NCBI GenBank assembly: GCA_032718475.1
Contig: JAUCBJ010000675.1
Span: forward strand, 1-64,000
Source of the DNA: Nemertoderma westbladi
Lineage: Eukaryota > Animalia > Xenacoelomorpha
Reading direction: 5' to 3'
DNA: 64,000 nucleotides
Of this stretch, positions 36,356 to 48,800 are shown piece by piece. Both the position numbers and the translations under genes were made by a program. Within the stretch, counting starts at the first letter, position 1; each line of letters begins with the position of its first letter. The notes beneath the pieces were generated by a model. The model was not told the origin of the DNA. It made no database searches and was given only the letters and a program-made list of their open reading frames with translations.

Positions 36356-37534
36356 AAGTACAGAAATACATAGGTTTTCCCTGCATGTGCCCTGTAGAAG
36401 ATATATTCTTTATTTTGGAGCCCACACAGGACTCGCACTAGTGCCCAATTACATTAAATTAAATTTGCTTTAACCCACATAAATGCTTCGGGTCAATATT
36501 TTGCCGTGGTTGCCATTGTGTTTGGTTCTCCGGCCCCAACCATAATTATATTATCTGCACTACTAACCTTTAACTCTTATGGATAAAGTACTGCGACATT
36601 TTTCGTTGTACCTATATCTTGTAACTAACCATATAATTATATTTTCCTTATTTTTGCTTTACCATATTTTCCATTGTGCCAACCACATGTAACTAAAATT
36701 AAGTATAATATTTTCATTATATTTTTGGAATGCAGGCAGTAGTCGTTCTAATGCGCCCAACTATGCCTATTATGTATTGTATACCATTTCTATTTTGTAA
36801 AACACGCCGGACTCCAACGACTTGTCTTAGGAATGATACAGAGATACTTTACTGTAAGCCTATAGTTTTCTGACACTAACCAAATCTTATTAATTGCCCT
36901 TAATCTTATTAATATGGGCTTGGCTTCAAGTCTATCTTCTGTAACTAACGATTTCACATATTTGTAGTGCCCTTTTGTGCAATCTCGATAAATCTATATT
37001 GAATTCTAATTATACCGGAATATTTGTTGTTATTATTAATAAAGTATATGATGGCATAATAAAAACAGATCAGATTAATACATTTCGAATTATTTCCTCG
37101 TATCCATGGCAACAGGATTAGTAGTGTTCACTAACATTAACTTTGTACAGCCCGTGGATGGTTACTTATTGATAAATTTAGGAGATAAATTTGAGCAGAA
37201 AAAAAGTTATATTTTGGAAAAAAAATCAGTTGCTAAGTAAATATTTGCCCGTTGTTATGGTCCTCATTTGAATATTCGGTCACCTAAACTTTTAAGTAAT
37301 TCGCTATATAACAAAGTGTAACTTGACCAATTTTGGGGAAATTTCATTCAGCCAATCACCCATTACTAAGGTAAGTAGTCTTTGTTGGCATGGTAACAGG
37401 GTACCAATGATATTCAGAGGTGGTTTCCTATCTTAAGACACTCGCCCTTATATGGACTATCTATGGGTAAGTTTTGGTGCTTTTATCACAAAATGCACAA
37501 TTCCTCCTATATATGATGCTTAACGTCCCTACTA

Positions 37535-39900
37535 TCAGGGGGGCTCGGCTTTCTATGGAAAAAGTCAATTGCTCATTTGGTTGAAATAAAAGACTTTAAA
37601 GATGCACGGATTTCCAGTTTATCCGTAAACTTAGAAAATGGAAACCTGGAAACAGAAAAGTATACTCAGTGTTGCATGGTAGGTGACTTTAACGCACACA
37701 TATTTTTAGTGAATTAAAAAAATGGTTCAATAATATTAATGAGAAAATAGCCGATATTGATGTATTACCCACTGATAGCTTCTCGTTTGTCAGTGATGCT
37801 CATGGTAGCACTTCATGGCTTGATCATGTTTTATGTCCTATCTCAAATTCGATTCAATTAAACATATAATTATAATTTATAATTTATCTGTCTCTGATCA
37901 CATGCCTTTATGCCTGGTTTGGGAGGCAAAATATTGTTAAAAATTATATGGGTAACAACAAGAACCGGGGATAATTATAGCGGAGGTGACGTACCACCGC
38001 CACCCCTAAAATATAACTGGCTCCATGAGCAGAGTGATATTAGCGGGTACGCAGACAGTGTAAACAGTCTTCTTGGTTCTGTCCTTAACGGTGCAGCTTG
38101 CTATAATTTAATTAACTGTAAGAAACCTAACTGCCATTGTCACCAGTCAGACATTGACTCTCTGTATTCACAGATAGTCAATGCGCTCAGTCAGTCAAGT
38201 AAGGATTATAAAATTAAACAACCATATAATAATCATTCTGGTAGTCAACATATTCCTGGGTGGAACGAATTTGTAAAGACTAAATATAGACAATCCCGTT
38301 CCGCTTTCTCCTTATGGCGGAACTGCGGGTCACCACGCCAAGGTTCAGTTTTTAAGGAGTACTTACACTCCAAAGCTTTAAACAGGCTATGCGCCAGTGT
38401 AAGAGAGATGAAGCATCTATCAAGAACAATAAAATGGCCGAAAATTTAATGTCTGGCGGTTCAACTAAAATTTCTGGTCTCAGGTCCGAACTACAACAAA
38501 TACTAAATCTCCTCTTCCTAATAAGATTGGGGAGTCCAATGGTTCAGCAGATATCTGCGATATGTGGAAAACTCATTTTAGTAACTTATTTAACTGTGTG
38601 GCTGATGGCAGTGACAGTGGTAAAGTAAATAGCCGTTTAAATAACTTCACGGACTTTGGGTTTTAATCTGTTACATACAAAGTGGTGATTGATTCACTTC
38701 TCAGTTTGTCAACAGGTAAAAAAGCCATCGGACCAGATAATCTTACAGCTGAGCACTATATACAGTATATGCATGTGGTTTTAATTTCGTTTTGCTCAAA
38801 AGATGGCATGCTTGAGCATGTGGATGACTTCTGTTACCTGGGATCATGGATCCGGAAGTCAGGTGAGGACCTTCGAATACGTAAGGGAAAGGCATGGGCA
38901 GCCTTGAATAGGCTTTCCAGGATTTGGAATTCACCGAGAATTAATCGGAAACTTAAGGTCCGATTATTTAGAGCAGCAGTAGTTCCAGTACTCCTCTATG
39001 GAAGTCCATACTGGGCTCTAACTGCTGAGGACACCAAATCTCTTGATGGCACATTCACAAGAATGCTACGCCGGGTTCATTGTGTCAAGTACAATGCACA
39101 CATCTCCAACCAGACACTATATAACATTGGAGGTGTCTCATTGGTTCCCCCAAGCTTGACACTAGAACAAAATCGCCTCCGCTTTGCAGGACATTGCTTT
39201 CGCCGTGAGGACCTGCCAGTGCATAATCTTGTACTTGGGCAGCCTCATGGAGTGAATAGGCATGGTGGACAGCCCATGACTTTCTTGAGACGCATCTTAA
39301 AGGACACTGGCCTTGAAGATGCGGATGATCTAGCAAATGTCATGGGAGTTGTGGCGGTGCAATATTGTCGATAAGCCGGCACAGCATTCTTAAAAATACA
39401 GCTGCAATGCAGCATGCCGATCCTAGTAGTAGTAGTTTAATTTCGTTTGTGCGATTTGTGTTTTAACTAATGCTTTAATTTTTGCATTCATGTACGCCTT
39501 CGGATATGATGGCTTCAACGTTAATTCCACTAGTCAAGGACAGAACCGGGGACCTCACAAGTAAAGATAACTACCGAGGCATTGCAATTTCTACGGTTTT
39601 CAGTAAGCTTATTGAAAATATTATTCTGGAACACTGTATTAACCTTCTTTAAACGACAGATAATCAATTTGGCTTTAAACCCAAATCCGGCACTGAAACG
39701 TGTATCTACACACTTAAGGAGATTATTAACTATTATCTCACACATAACTCTTGCGTTTATGTGTACATGCTTGATGCCTCCAAGGCGTTTGACCGCGTGA
39801 ACCACTGCAAACTTTTCGATAAGCTGCTAATCCGCGGTGTCCCTATCTACATTGTTGGTTTAATTCGATTTTGGTACCGCCCGCAATTCAATTATTTTTA
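37535..39900 (+). mobile_element. Old degenerate LINE (L2/Crack-like) ORF2 remnant
   Basis: VGDFNAH, FSFVSDAHGSTSWLDHV, IPGWNEFVK, GPDNLTAEH, NYRGIA, LDASKAFDRVNH motifs across broken frames. Confidence 0.75.
38793..39435 (+). mobile_element. Young 5'-truncated RTE-like LINE copy inserted into the older LINE
   Basis: 13-bp TSD TTTAATTTCGTTT at 38780-38792 and 39436-39448; (TAG)n tail; near-identical to 21936-22605. Confidence 0.92.
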
Positions 39901-42900
39901 ATGTAAAAAAAAACGAAATGTCTGTACTTCATTCATAAGTCTTTTTCACTTACCTGTTACTCAAAAATCATATTATACGGCTCTCCCGTTAAGGTAGTTG
40001 ACTCGTTTGTAAAGGCTTTTGCGGATCTAGCTAGTCATTTTTCCCGCAAAGTACTCTGTAGGTGTTTTAGTGGACATAAAAAGCCGTTTTCTTACTGTGT
40101 AGGTGTTTTAGTGGACATAAAAAGCCATTTTTCTGTATGTGTACTTTAGAGGACATAACAAGCCATTTTATGCCGCAATATGCCAAAATACTCTTAATAC
40201 AGTGTAGTTCAGATGACGACATCTATCAGCTGATATGTCGATGTGGAGCTTTTGGCTTTCTTTGTTCGGCTCACTCGACCAATCAGAGCGATTTTCATTT
40301 TATCTTGTACAGAAGCCTACGGAAGATCGCGCAATGCATTATGGTCTTTGTTTACCTTTTTTCCTGAGCCCAGAACATCGGCTTTGGAATTATTCTGTGT
40401 TTCAGACTTTAGCCAAACATTAGAATGGCTTTGATTATAGAAACGTATAACTGTTATCATAACAAACCTGATCACATACAAACTGGTCAGACTCGAATTA
40501 TATCATACTATACATGCCTTTCAATGCATTATGTTTGCTGCTATTTACTGTCGGTTATTAATTGTTATCAGTTGATGGATATGTTGTTATATTTGGAGAA
40601 TATCGATAAATAATCATAAAACCCCAATCTTCTTGATATACTGAAGGTTAGAGAGACCGGTTACATATAGCAATTGCGACTTACATTATAGTGGTTTTGG
40701 AGTGAATTGAATGCTATTTCATAGACCCTAAATGTGTCGGTTGCTATTCTCCTTATATATGATCAAATTTAATGAAGGTCGGCAGATCAGAGTGCAGCAG
40801 TGTGCAGTAGTGTGCATGAGTGTGACAGATAACAAAGCATTTCCTAAAGAATGCGCTTTATGCGAAAATCAATAGCCATCCCGTTGTGTTTAGTGTAAGT
40901 CATAACTCTGTTTACATACTTAGAGCGCCGCGTCCTAAAGGAACTGTTAATATTTCCCGAAAGTAAATAATATTTGTCAGAGATATTATAGTAACGAACG
41001 ATCGAATAATACAGTAATTCTACACCGCAATAAGGTCAGAGCTTCCGAATCCAGTCTCCCTTAACCGTGGGTGAATGGTCGCGCATAGGCTGGCTTTGGC
41101 TAATGTAACTTTATGTGTATCAAATACTTGTTATAGGCTAAAGTCGATTTATAACCTAGAAGACACCTAAAATTGGCAGGTTAAACTGCTAAAGGTCTAA
41201 AAGCGCGAACAATAACAGTTATAGTAGTTTCTTTATTGCAACGTAGGCAATAAAGTCGAAAAGTACCGGTCGACCGGTAACCAGTAGGCCTAACTACCTA
41301 ACCACCCGAACCGGTACTTACAGCAGTACAGGTACATCAGTATTATTCGATTGTGATAATTATATACCGGTAGGTCTTGATATTTAATCAGGGACTGCAG
41401 CCCTGGTTTTTTATTGGGATTTTACTTATTTCTGTCAGTTTTATTTATCTGTAAGTTAACATTGAGCAGAAGGCGTGTAAGCCTGCTCAGATTGTATAAA
41501 TAATTTGTAGGCTGGATTGTTGTCTGGCTGTTGTTAAGTCTGAAGAGATTGCAGTGTGTGTAGAGTGTATGTCCGATAAAGTACTAGTTAGGAACGTGGG
41601 GGCATCCAGTGCTGTAAGGTAAATCCCCCCCGAAAGAATAAGTCGTACTACTCGGTTAGAACGCATACTAACTAACCATTTCGGAGTCTGCATATACTGT
41701 AGTTTATTTAGGCTTGATAGTAGTCTGCCAGCGTTTGGTCTGTATTTTGTTTGTGTAGTCTGTACGGGTAGCGTAATATTTATTATTCAGAGTATATGCG
41801 ATTATTCGCAACATATACCACCCCAAGTTTATTCCTACAGTAATTGTGCTTGTTATACATACCGTTATAGTTAAATTAACCCCGGTACTACATCAGGGCT
41901 GTTTGGCGTAGGTAAAGACTGATGATTATATGCTCTGGTCACTCCGGCAGATACCGTGGTTCTTTTAGATGTACAAGTATTTTTAACTGCTGGTTATTTG
42001 TTGTATAAGTACTTGTACCTAATTTAGGGTTTAGTGTACAGTGCTTTCCGAAGGTAATTAGTGTGTAGGCAGTATATTTGTGTTGTAAAGTGGTTAATAG
42101 GCACGTTAGCTATAGTAGGCTGCGGTAATTAACTTCTAGGTAGGAACACTCCGGGTACATAACGTAGTACTTATAGAGCTGTAAAGCTAGAGACTATAAG
42201 TCGTCAGACGGTGGTATTTTCCTATCTAGACAACGCAATATATTTACTACTGCTTTATTATTTTCAAATACCGAAGTATCCTGTCCGTTTGTAATAACCA
42301 GAAATTCTAACTCCTTGTTTGGCTGGTTTGTAGATTTCTTGTAAAATTACCCCTAAAAAATTGTACGTGTAATTTTTTGTGTTTATTTAGAGATTGTAAT
42401 CTCACCCCGTAATTGTACGTAATTTGTAGTAATAAGTAACTTAGTAAATTAGAATTATTTGTTTTAGTGTCAAATAAGTAGCACTACACTGAGAGCGTTC
42501 AGCTTCTGTGAAGTGACTCCTTACCTTACCAGAAATAATAACATTTATTTCAAATATTGTCAAAAAACCCATTAAGCGGGTATATATATATTATAAATCA
42601 ACTCAAACCGATTTATAAAATAGTAGGCCTGTTATACAACAATTAGGTCTTAATATCAGTTGGACTACTGCTTAAATAACGGTAATAAAGTAAAGTAAAG
42701 TAACTAAGTAACTCTAAAAAATTCAGAAATTCAATTATTCTAAAATAATTGACGTACCGGTATTTACAATAGGCTTATTATATTTATTTCTATATATTTA
42801 AGCTGAAATTATATACCGGTATTCTGTAATTAATTCTAGTCTATAATTATACTTATATATACTATAAGTGTAAGCTGTATACTGGTATTTACGTTAGGCT

Positions 42901-43152
42901 TATTATATATCTATATATTTGCGATGAAATTATATACCGGTATTCTGTGACGATCCCTAATATCCTATCCATAATAATACTTATATATACTATAAGTGTA
43001 TACCGGTATTCTAATATATTGTATATATATCACGTTACATAGAGTAATGATATCGGTAATTAATTACTAGGCTAACAGTTGATACTGAATTACTAGACTT
43101 GCTTTAACTGTAATTATAGCAGTAGGCATTCAACTGACATTCAACATTCAAC

Positions 43153-45849
43153 ATGTCTGACCTAAAGCAAAACCTGTCAGACAGTCTCCTAGATACAACT
43201 ATCTGTGACCCAGATAGGAGTGCGGAACGTTTGAGACCGAAGTTCAACTCCCCTCCTACTGTAAGAAAGGTCATCCCTCCAGTAGTAGTATCAGACCCTA
43301 GGCTAGTCAAACACCGTAGGTCTATCATAGGCACTCGGGCTCAAGTTAAGCGAGACCAAGAAGCAGCTGTTAAACAGCAGCAACACCCGAGCCGAGAACT
43401 TATTTCTCAGCGGCCCGATAGCTCCAGTAGTTCAAATACTGTAGAGCTGACACCCGAGTGCGGAGCAAAGATGGCAGATGCGGTTTATTCGGATCTCCTT
43501 CTCATTCTTCCTGCAGCCGTACTCACTTATGCGGGATACACAAGGGAGGAACTGAAGTCTTTTGTCGAGACGCAATGGAACTTCCCCGGACCCGGACTCC
43601 CGTTTAACTTATCGGAAGCTGCCTGGGAGGACTTATACAGGATGGGAGTGACAAAAGACACTAGTGATCCAGCTGTGTGGAAGAGGTCGGCAGCAGGATA
43701 TGTACAGGGATTCTTCAGCTCTTTGGAGCGATTAGAGGAACAACTGTTTCAACAACATCAAGGACCTCAAGAGCAGGGAGAGCTGCTTTATCAAGTTCGA
43801 GTAAGAATCCTAAGAATCAGACTACTCCTATCAGCCTTTGAGGAAGCTTCGAAGAGAACCCAAGACACGTCGTTGCAAGTTGCCGTCAAGGAACGACCCA
43901 ATGGAAAATTCAGCTAAATGAGCGCTCGACCCACAGAGAATCAACAGACGCTGCCTTTTCTCAAGTGGAAAGCGAGGTTACATTAGAGAAACCTCAGAAG
44001 AAGGACGCTATTGACAACTATCTGTCGGACTATCAACGATTTTTAGGTGACGAAGAGTTGAGGAGACGGCTGGCTGGACTCCGCCCTAATAGTGAAGGGG
44101 CCAAGTTTGTGTTGGACGCAATAGATGCGGAAATGTTAGCTGTAAACCAAGCTAAATTTGATGAAAGCATCCGCATCGCTAGAGTCCAAGAAGAACAAGT
44201 AAAGAAGAAACAGATAGAAGACAGACAGGAAGCGGCAGCGGCAGCGGTAGAGGCTGAAAGAAAAGCGGCAGCGGCAGCGGCAGCGGCAGTGGCAGCGGCA
44301 GGGGCTGAAAGAAAAGCGGCAGCGGCAGAAGCGAAAAGAAAAGTAGCAGCTGCAGAAGTTGAAGCGGAAAGAAAAGTAGCAGCTGCAGAAGTTGAAAGAA
44401 AGGCAGCATTGGCAGTGGCGGAAACAAAACAGAAGGCATCTGAAGAGACAGCCCAACTAGAGTTGGAAAATCTTCAAGAGAAGCAAGATTACCTGAATAA
44501 ACAGATAACAGCTAGTCAGATGCAGATGATAAGTCGATCTACTCCCAAAAGACAGGGATTTACATCATCTGATGAAGGCGATACCACCGATCCTGAAGGC
44601 GGAGGAAATAGATCTCGTTCCAACAGACGTAGAAGAATGCCTCACCATCAGAAATTGCCTAATTTGCCCCCAGCTGTGAGAAGGCAACTAGCTAGAGCAG
44701 ACTTAGGTAGTACAGAACCCACTTACCAAAGTATTAGAGTAGAAAGACTCCCTACTATAGTGGATGAGCCTGAAATAATTAGGCCTGTTCTCAAAGCCAC
44801 CCCTTCTGTGATAGAGACCCCTGTACTTCCAGAACATAACTCTAAATTCCCTTTGCACAGTACTAAACTACCTGTATCCAATGGGACAGTTCCTCAGTCA
44901 ACTCCGGTCCTGGACGCCGAGCGAGACATTAACAATTTGTCACCCGTCGTCCCTCGTCTACCCGCTACTATGTTGGTGGCTCCCGCTTCGGCGGTCGAGT
45001 GGGTGGATGAGAGACGGCAGGGGATGGATATTCTCCTCGGGCAGATGGAGGAGAATCAGGCACGCTCCTCCCAGCAGGTCCGAGAGTTGGAGGGGACTGT
45101 TCAACAGTTAAGGGGAACAGTAAGAGAGAGTAGGTTAGAATTGTAGGAAGTGCAGCAGAGTATCGCCTTAGAACGCGATAAGTTAGTAAATCTACAAAAG
45201 GGTATACCAACACCCCCTGTAACAATGTGTCAACCTGTTAGGTCTGAAGTATTCATGCGCAAGGTGTGGAGCCTACACGCATCTATACTGCTAGTGAAGT
45301 AGAAACTCCTATAGTAAACCCTATTAAGGGTAATTATAAACCTGTTGACAATGATATTCCATATAGACCTGATAATAATCCAAGAAATTTATATACCAAT
45401 AACTCGATATTAAATAATACGATGGCCCAAGAAAGTTTTACGCGTCAAAAGGCTAGAACCGTAGCCCGTCAAGCGGTAAAGGTGGGAGCGATCGTCAAGT
45501 TCAATGGAGATGAGATGAAATGGTTACCTTTTAATGAATATTACAAAGATAACATACAGAACTCTGTACTATCTAACGGAGAGAAACTTAGATTCCTCAT
45601 CGAGTGTTTGGAAGGACCTCCCAAGTTAATGGCGTTAAAGTTTATTGGACATCCAGATGGATTAAGACAAGTTTGGAATACACTAAACATCAGGTATGGT
45701 AATAGGAATAACATAGCTAGATATTTGTATGCAAAATTGGAAGCGCCCCGAAGTTCATTAGCAGCGGGATTATAGAGTTTTCCGATGAGATTCAGGAGAT
45801 CTGTAGACAATTAGATTGGCTAGGTAAGTCTCATGAATACCAGAGTTCT
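43153..45849 (+). pseudogene. BEL/Pao gag N-terminal region (coiled coil with Ala-rich repeats, DUF1759-like), frameshifted
   Basis: ORFs 43153..43917, 43965..45146 and 45266..45775 are in different frames; KFNGDEMKWLPF...LSNGEKLRFLIECLEGPP...LNIRYGN is DUF1759-like. Confidence 0.75.
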
Positions 45850-48800
45850 ATGGTTATTGGAGCCGTAGCATCTACTTTACCAAAGGGTGGAGTAGGTACA
45901 CGCTGGGACAAGAAAGTGTTATATATGATGGAACAACAACGAAGAGACCCTACCATGGCTGATCTCATGTCATTCTTAGATGGAGAGGTAAAATTACAGC
46001 TCCTAAAGCAGTCCAGAGAGAAGACGCCGGAAAATAAGGTAAGTGAGAAAACCGTTTCTAGGAGAAAGGTAACACCAGTGTGTTATACAGACGACGGCGA
46101 AAGCCAGGCCTCTCAAGAGGAGGACAGCGGGAAAGACACTGAAAGATCTTACTATGTCAACAAAGCGCCTAAAGACGTAAGTAAATTCAAGTCTCGAACC
46201 AGTGACAGGAGAGAACAGGTAAGAAAAACTCCTCCTACGTCTCCTAAGAGAATTCATGGAAGAAAGCCCGAGGAAAGAACGAGTGTGCACAACGTTACCC
46301 AAGGTAAGGTAAGTAACATCAAACCAAAATGTGTGCTGTGCGACGGGCCCCACCGTTTAAGTGTGTGTGATGAATTCCTAAAGAAATCCCTAATAGATAG
46401 ACGTGAAGTCATGTGGAATAAGCGGTTGTGTTATAATTGCCTCAGACAAGGACACCAACGGCGAACCTGTTACTCCGACGCAAGGTGTGCTAAGTGCGGC
46501 GCGAAACATCATATCTTGTTGCACACTGAATTCGAAAGAAACAGCCCGAGTCAGGTAAGTGAGTCCGAACTACATGTCCAATTCAGTGATGTGAACGACA
46601 CTGACCAAAGTTCTGAGATGGAAGGATTCTATACGGATGAATTCTCCGACGAAAACGAATCCTGTTACCTAATAAATACCGCAGTGTATCGAGCACTTAC
46701 GTATGAGAAGGAAACCGATAGTGAGCTCCCCCTAACTACTCCTGACCGACAACCATCTTGGAAAGCACCAACTTCCAACGTAGGAATCCGAGAATTTCCC
46801 GTAGTGCAGTTGAGAGTCCACGGGTCAGAAAAGAGCTATATAGTGAACGCCCTCCTTGACTCCGGCAGCACAGGAACATTCATCGACAAAGAACTAGCCG
46901 AAGACATCTTTGCTGGACAACCCAAGTTCCGAACTAAGTTGAACCTTTCAGGAATTATGCAGGTTTGGAAATCTACAGTAACTACAGATTACTATGTAGG
47001 CGCGTTGTCCACCCCCCAGGATGAACTAGGAGAACACAGCATAAGGTCAGTAAAAATGGTGGCGATAAAGAACTTCGCTACCAGCCAAGTGGAACCTTAT
47101 AACTGGGATGAGGACGATTTCACCCAACAGCATGAGATACCTAGATTCAACACAGATTACCCTGGAGTGCAAATACTCATCGGCCAAAATGCGCATGAGG
47201 CGCTTGAGACATTGGAGAAACGGCCTGCTCAACCGCAACCACTGCAAACCTATGCGGGAAGAACTAGAGTAGGTTGGTACTTTACTGGACCTTCCCGTAG
47301 AACTCTCATGGAAAGGCTACCCAAAGAACGAGTCTACCAGGTGAGTGAATGGGAAGATGAGATCAGTGAGGGAGACGACACACCTGAGGGAACACCATAC
47401 TCCTCAGATAATGACGATATCCACCAACTATTCGACGAGGAGAATACCATCGACCTCCTTACGGAAAATGAAACTTGGCAAAACCAAGTGAACCTATGTC
47501 ACCTCATTCATCCAGCGGGACAAGTCGATTACAACGACGAACTGAATGAAGTGATAGATCGTTACAACGCGAAGACTCACGATGAACACGCCGTACGATT
47601 CTTTACTCAAGAGGCTGTAGAGCCCAATTCCTACGATAAGGCCCTATCGGTAGAAGAAGAAAGAGCCAAGCAGATACAGGAAACAACTACACGTTTTCTT
47701 AAAGATCAAGGTAGATATGAGATTGGTCTGCCTTTCCGACGGCGAGAACCCAATTTTATAAACAACCGACCCTTGGCGGAGAAGAGAATTGCGCAACTAC
47801 ATCGACGCCTTATGGCAAATGCTGCAGCTAAGGAGATGTACAAGACCCAGCTGAAGAAATTCATTGACAAGGGATATGCGGAGCGAGTACCGGAAGGAAC
47901 ACCCATAACTGAGAGAACGTACTATCTAACACATCATTACGTTCCCAAACCCGGTAAACCCAACGAAGTACGGGTAGTATTTGACGGCTCCGCCCTCTAC
48001 ATGGGCCAATCCCTTAACTCCGAGTTGTTGCCAGGACCCAACTTACTCCAATCCTTGTTGGGAATACTCTTAAGATTACGACAATATTCGATCGCTTTCG
48101 CCTCCGATATAGAAGGCATGTTCTTACAAGTTAAGGCGCTGGATAGGGATCGAGACAGCCTACGATTTCTGTGGTGGCCTGAAGGAGACCTCAACCAGAA
48201 ACCGGTGGAGTACTGGATGACCATCCAGGCTTTTGGGATCATCTCGAGCCCTTCAAACGCCTGCTCAGTAGTGCATACCACTGCTGATGACAACCGGGAT
48301 GCCTTCTCCAAAGAGGTTATCGACAACATCAAATGGGATATATACATGGACGACAATTTAAAGTCCCTCCCATCGGTGGAAGAAGCCATTGATGTCGCCA
48401 AAGGAACGGTAGAGTGCTTGAAAAGAGGTGGATTTCGATTAACTAAATTCACCAGCAACTCCCGTGAATTTCTGGAATCGATCCCGGTAGAAGACCGAGG
48501 AGTTAAAGATCTAGACCTAATCAAGGACGATCTTCCAGAAACCAAGACGCTTGGTTTGAAATGGGACACAGAGAGAGATATCCTGTTTTTCCAGCTAAAA
48601 CAGCGAGATAATCCAGTTCGGACTAAACGGATTTGTCTAAGTATCCTGAGCACTTATTTCGATCCATTGGGATTTATTAGCCCAGTTATATTGATTGCTC
48701 GGAGTTTAGTACAACAAATGTGGCTTGAAAACCACTCATGGGACGATCCACTTAAGGGAGAACTATTAAAGAAATGGATGAAATGGGAAGATTCTCTACC

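Larger units (their letters stand above)
32787..37534 (+). mobile_element. Academ (AcademX-type) DNA transposon, internally deleted and degenerate
   Basis: About 450-bp terminal inverted repeats with TAG...CTA termini; flanks TAA/TCA (imperfect 3-bp TSD). Internal broken ORFs carry XPG/PIN-like nuclease motifs (IIDG, HKEADT, RTVDSDI, SGCD) and a C-terminal Cys-rich CXC domain. Confidence 0.8.

Noticed and set aside
40000-43150. 5' LTR and primer-binding site of the BEL element
   Set aside because: No direct repeat matching the 3' region (51250-54515) was found by eye, so LTR coordinates are not called.
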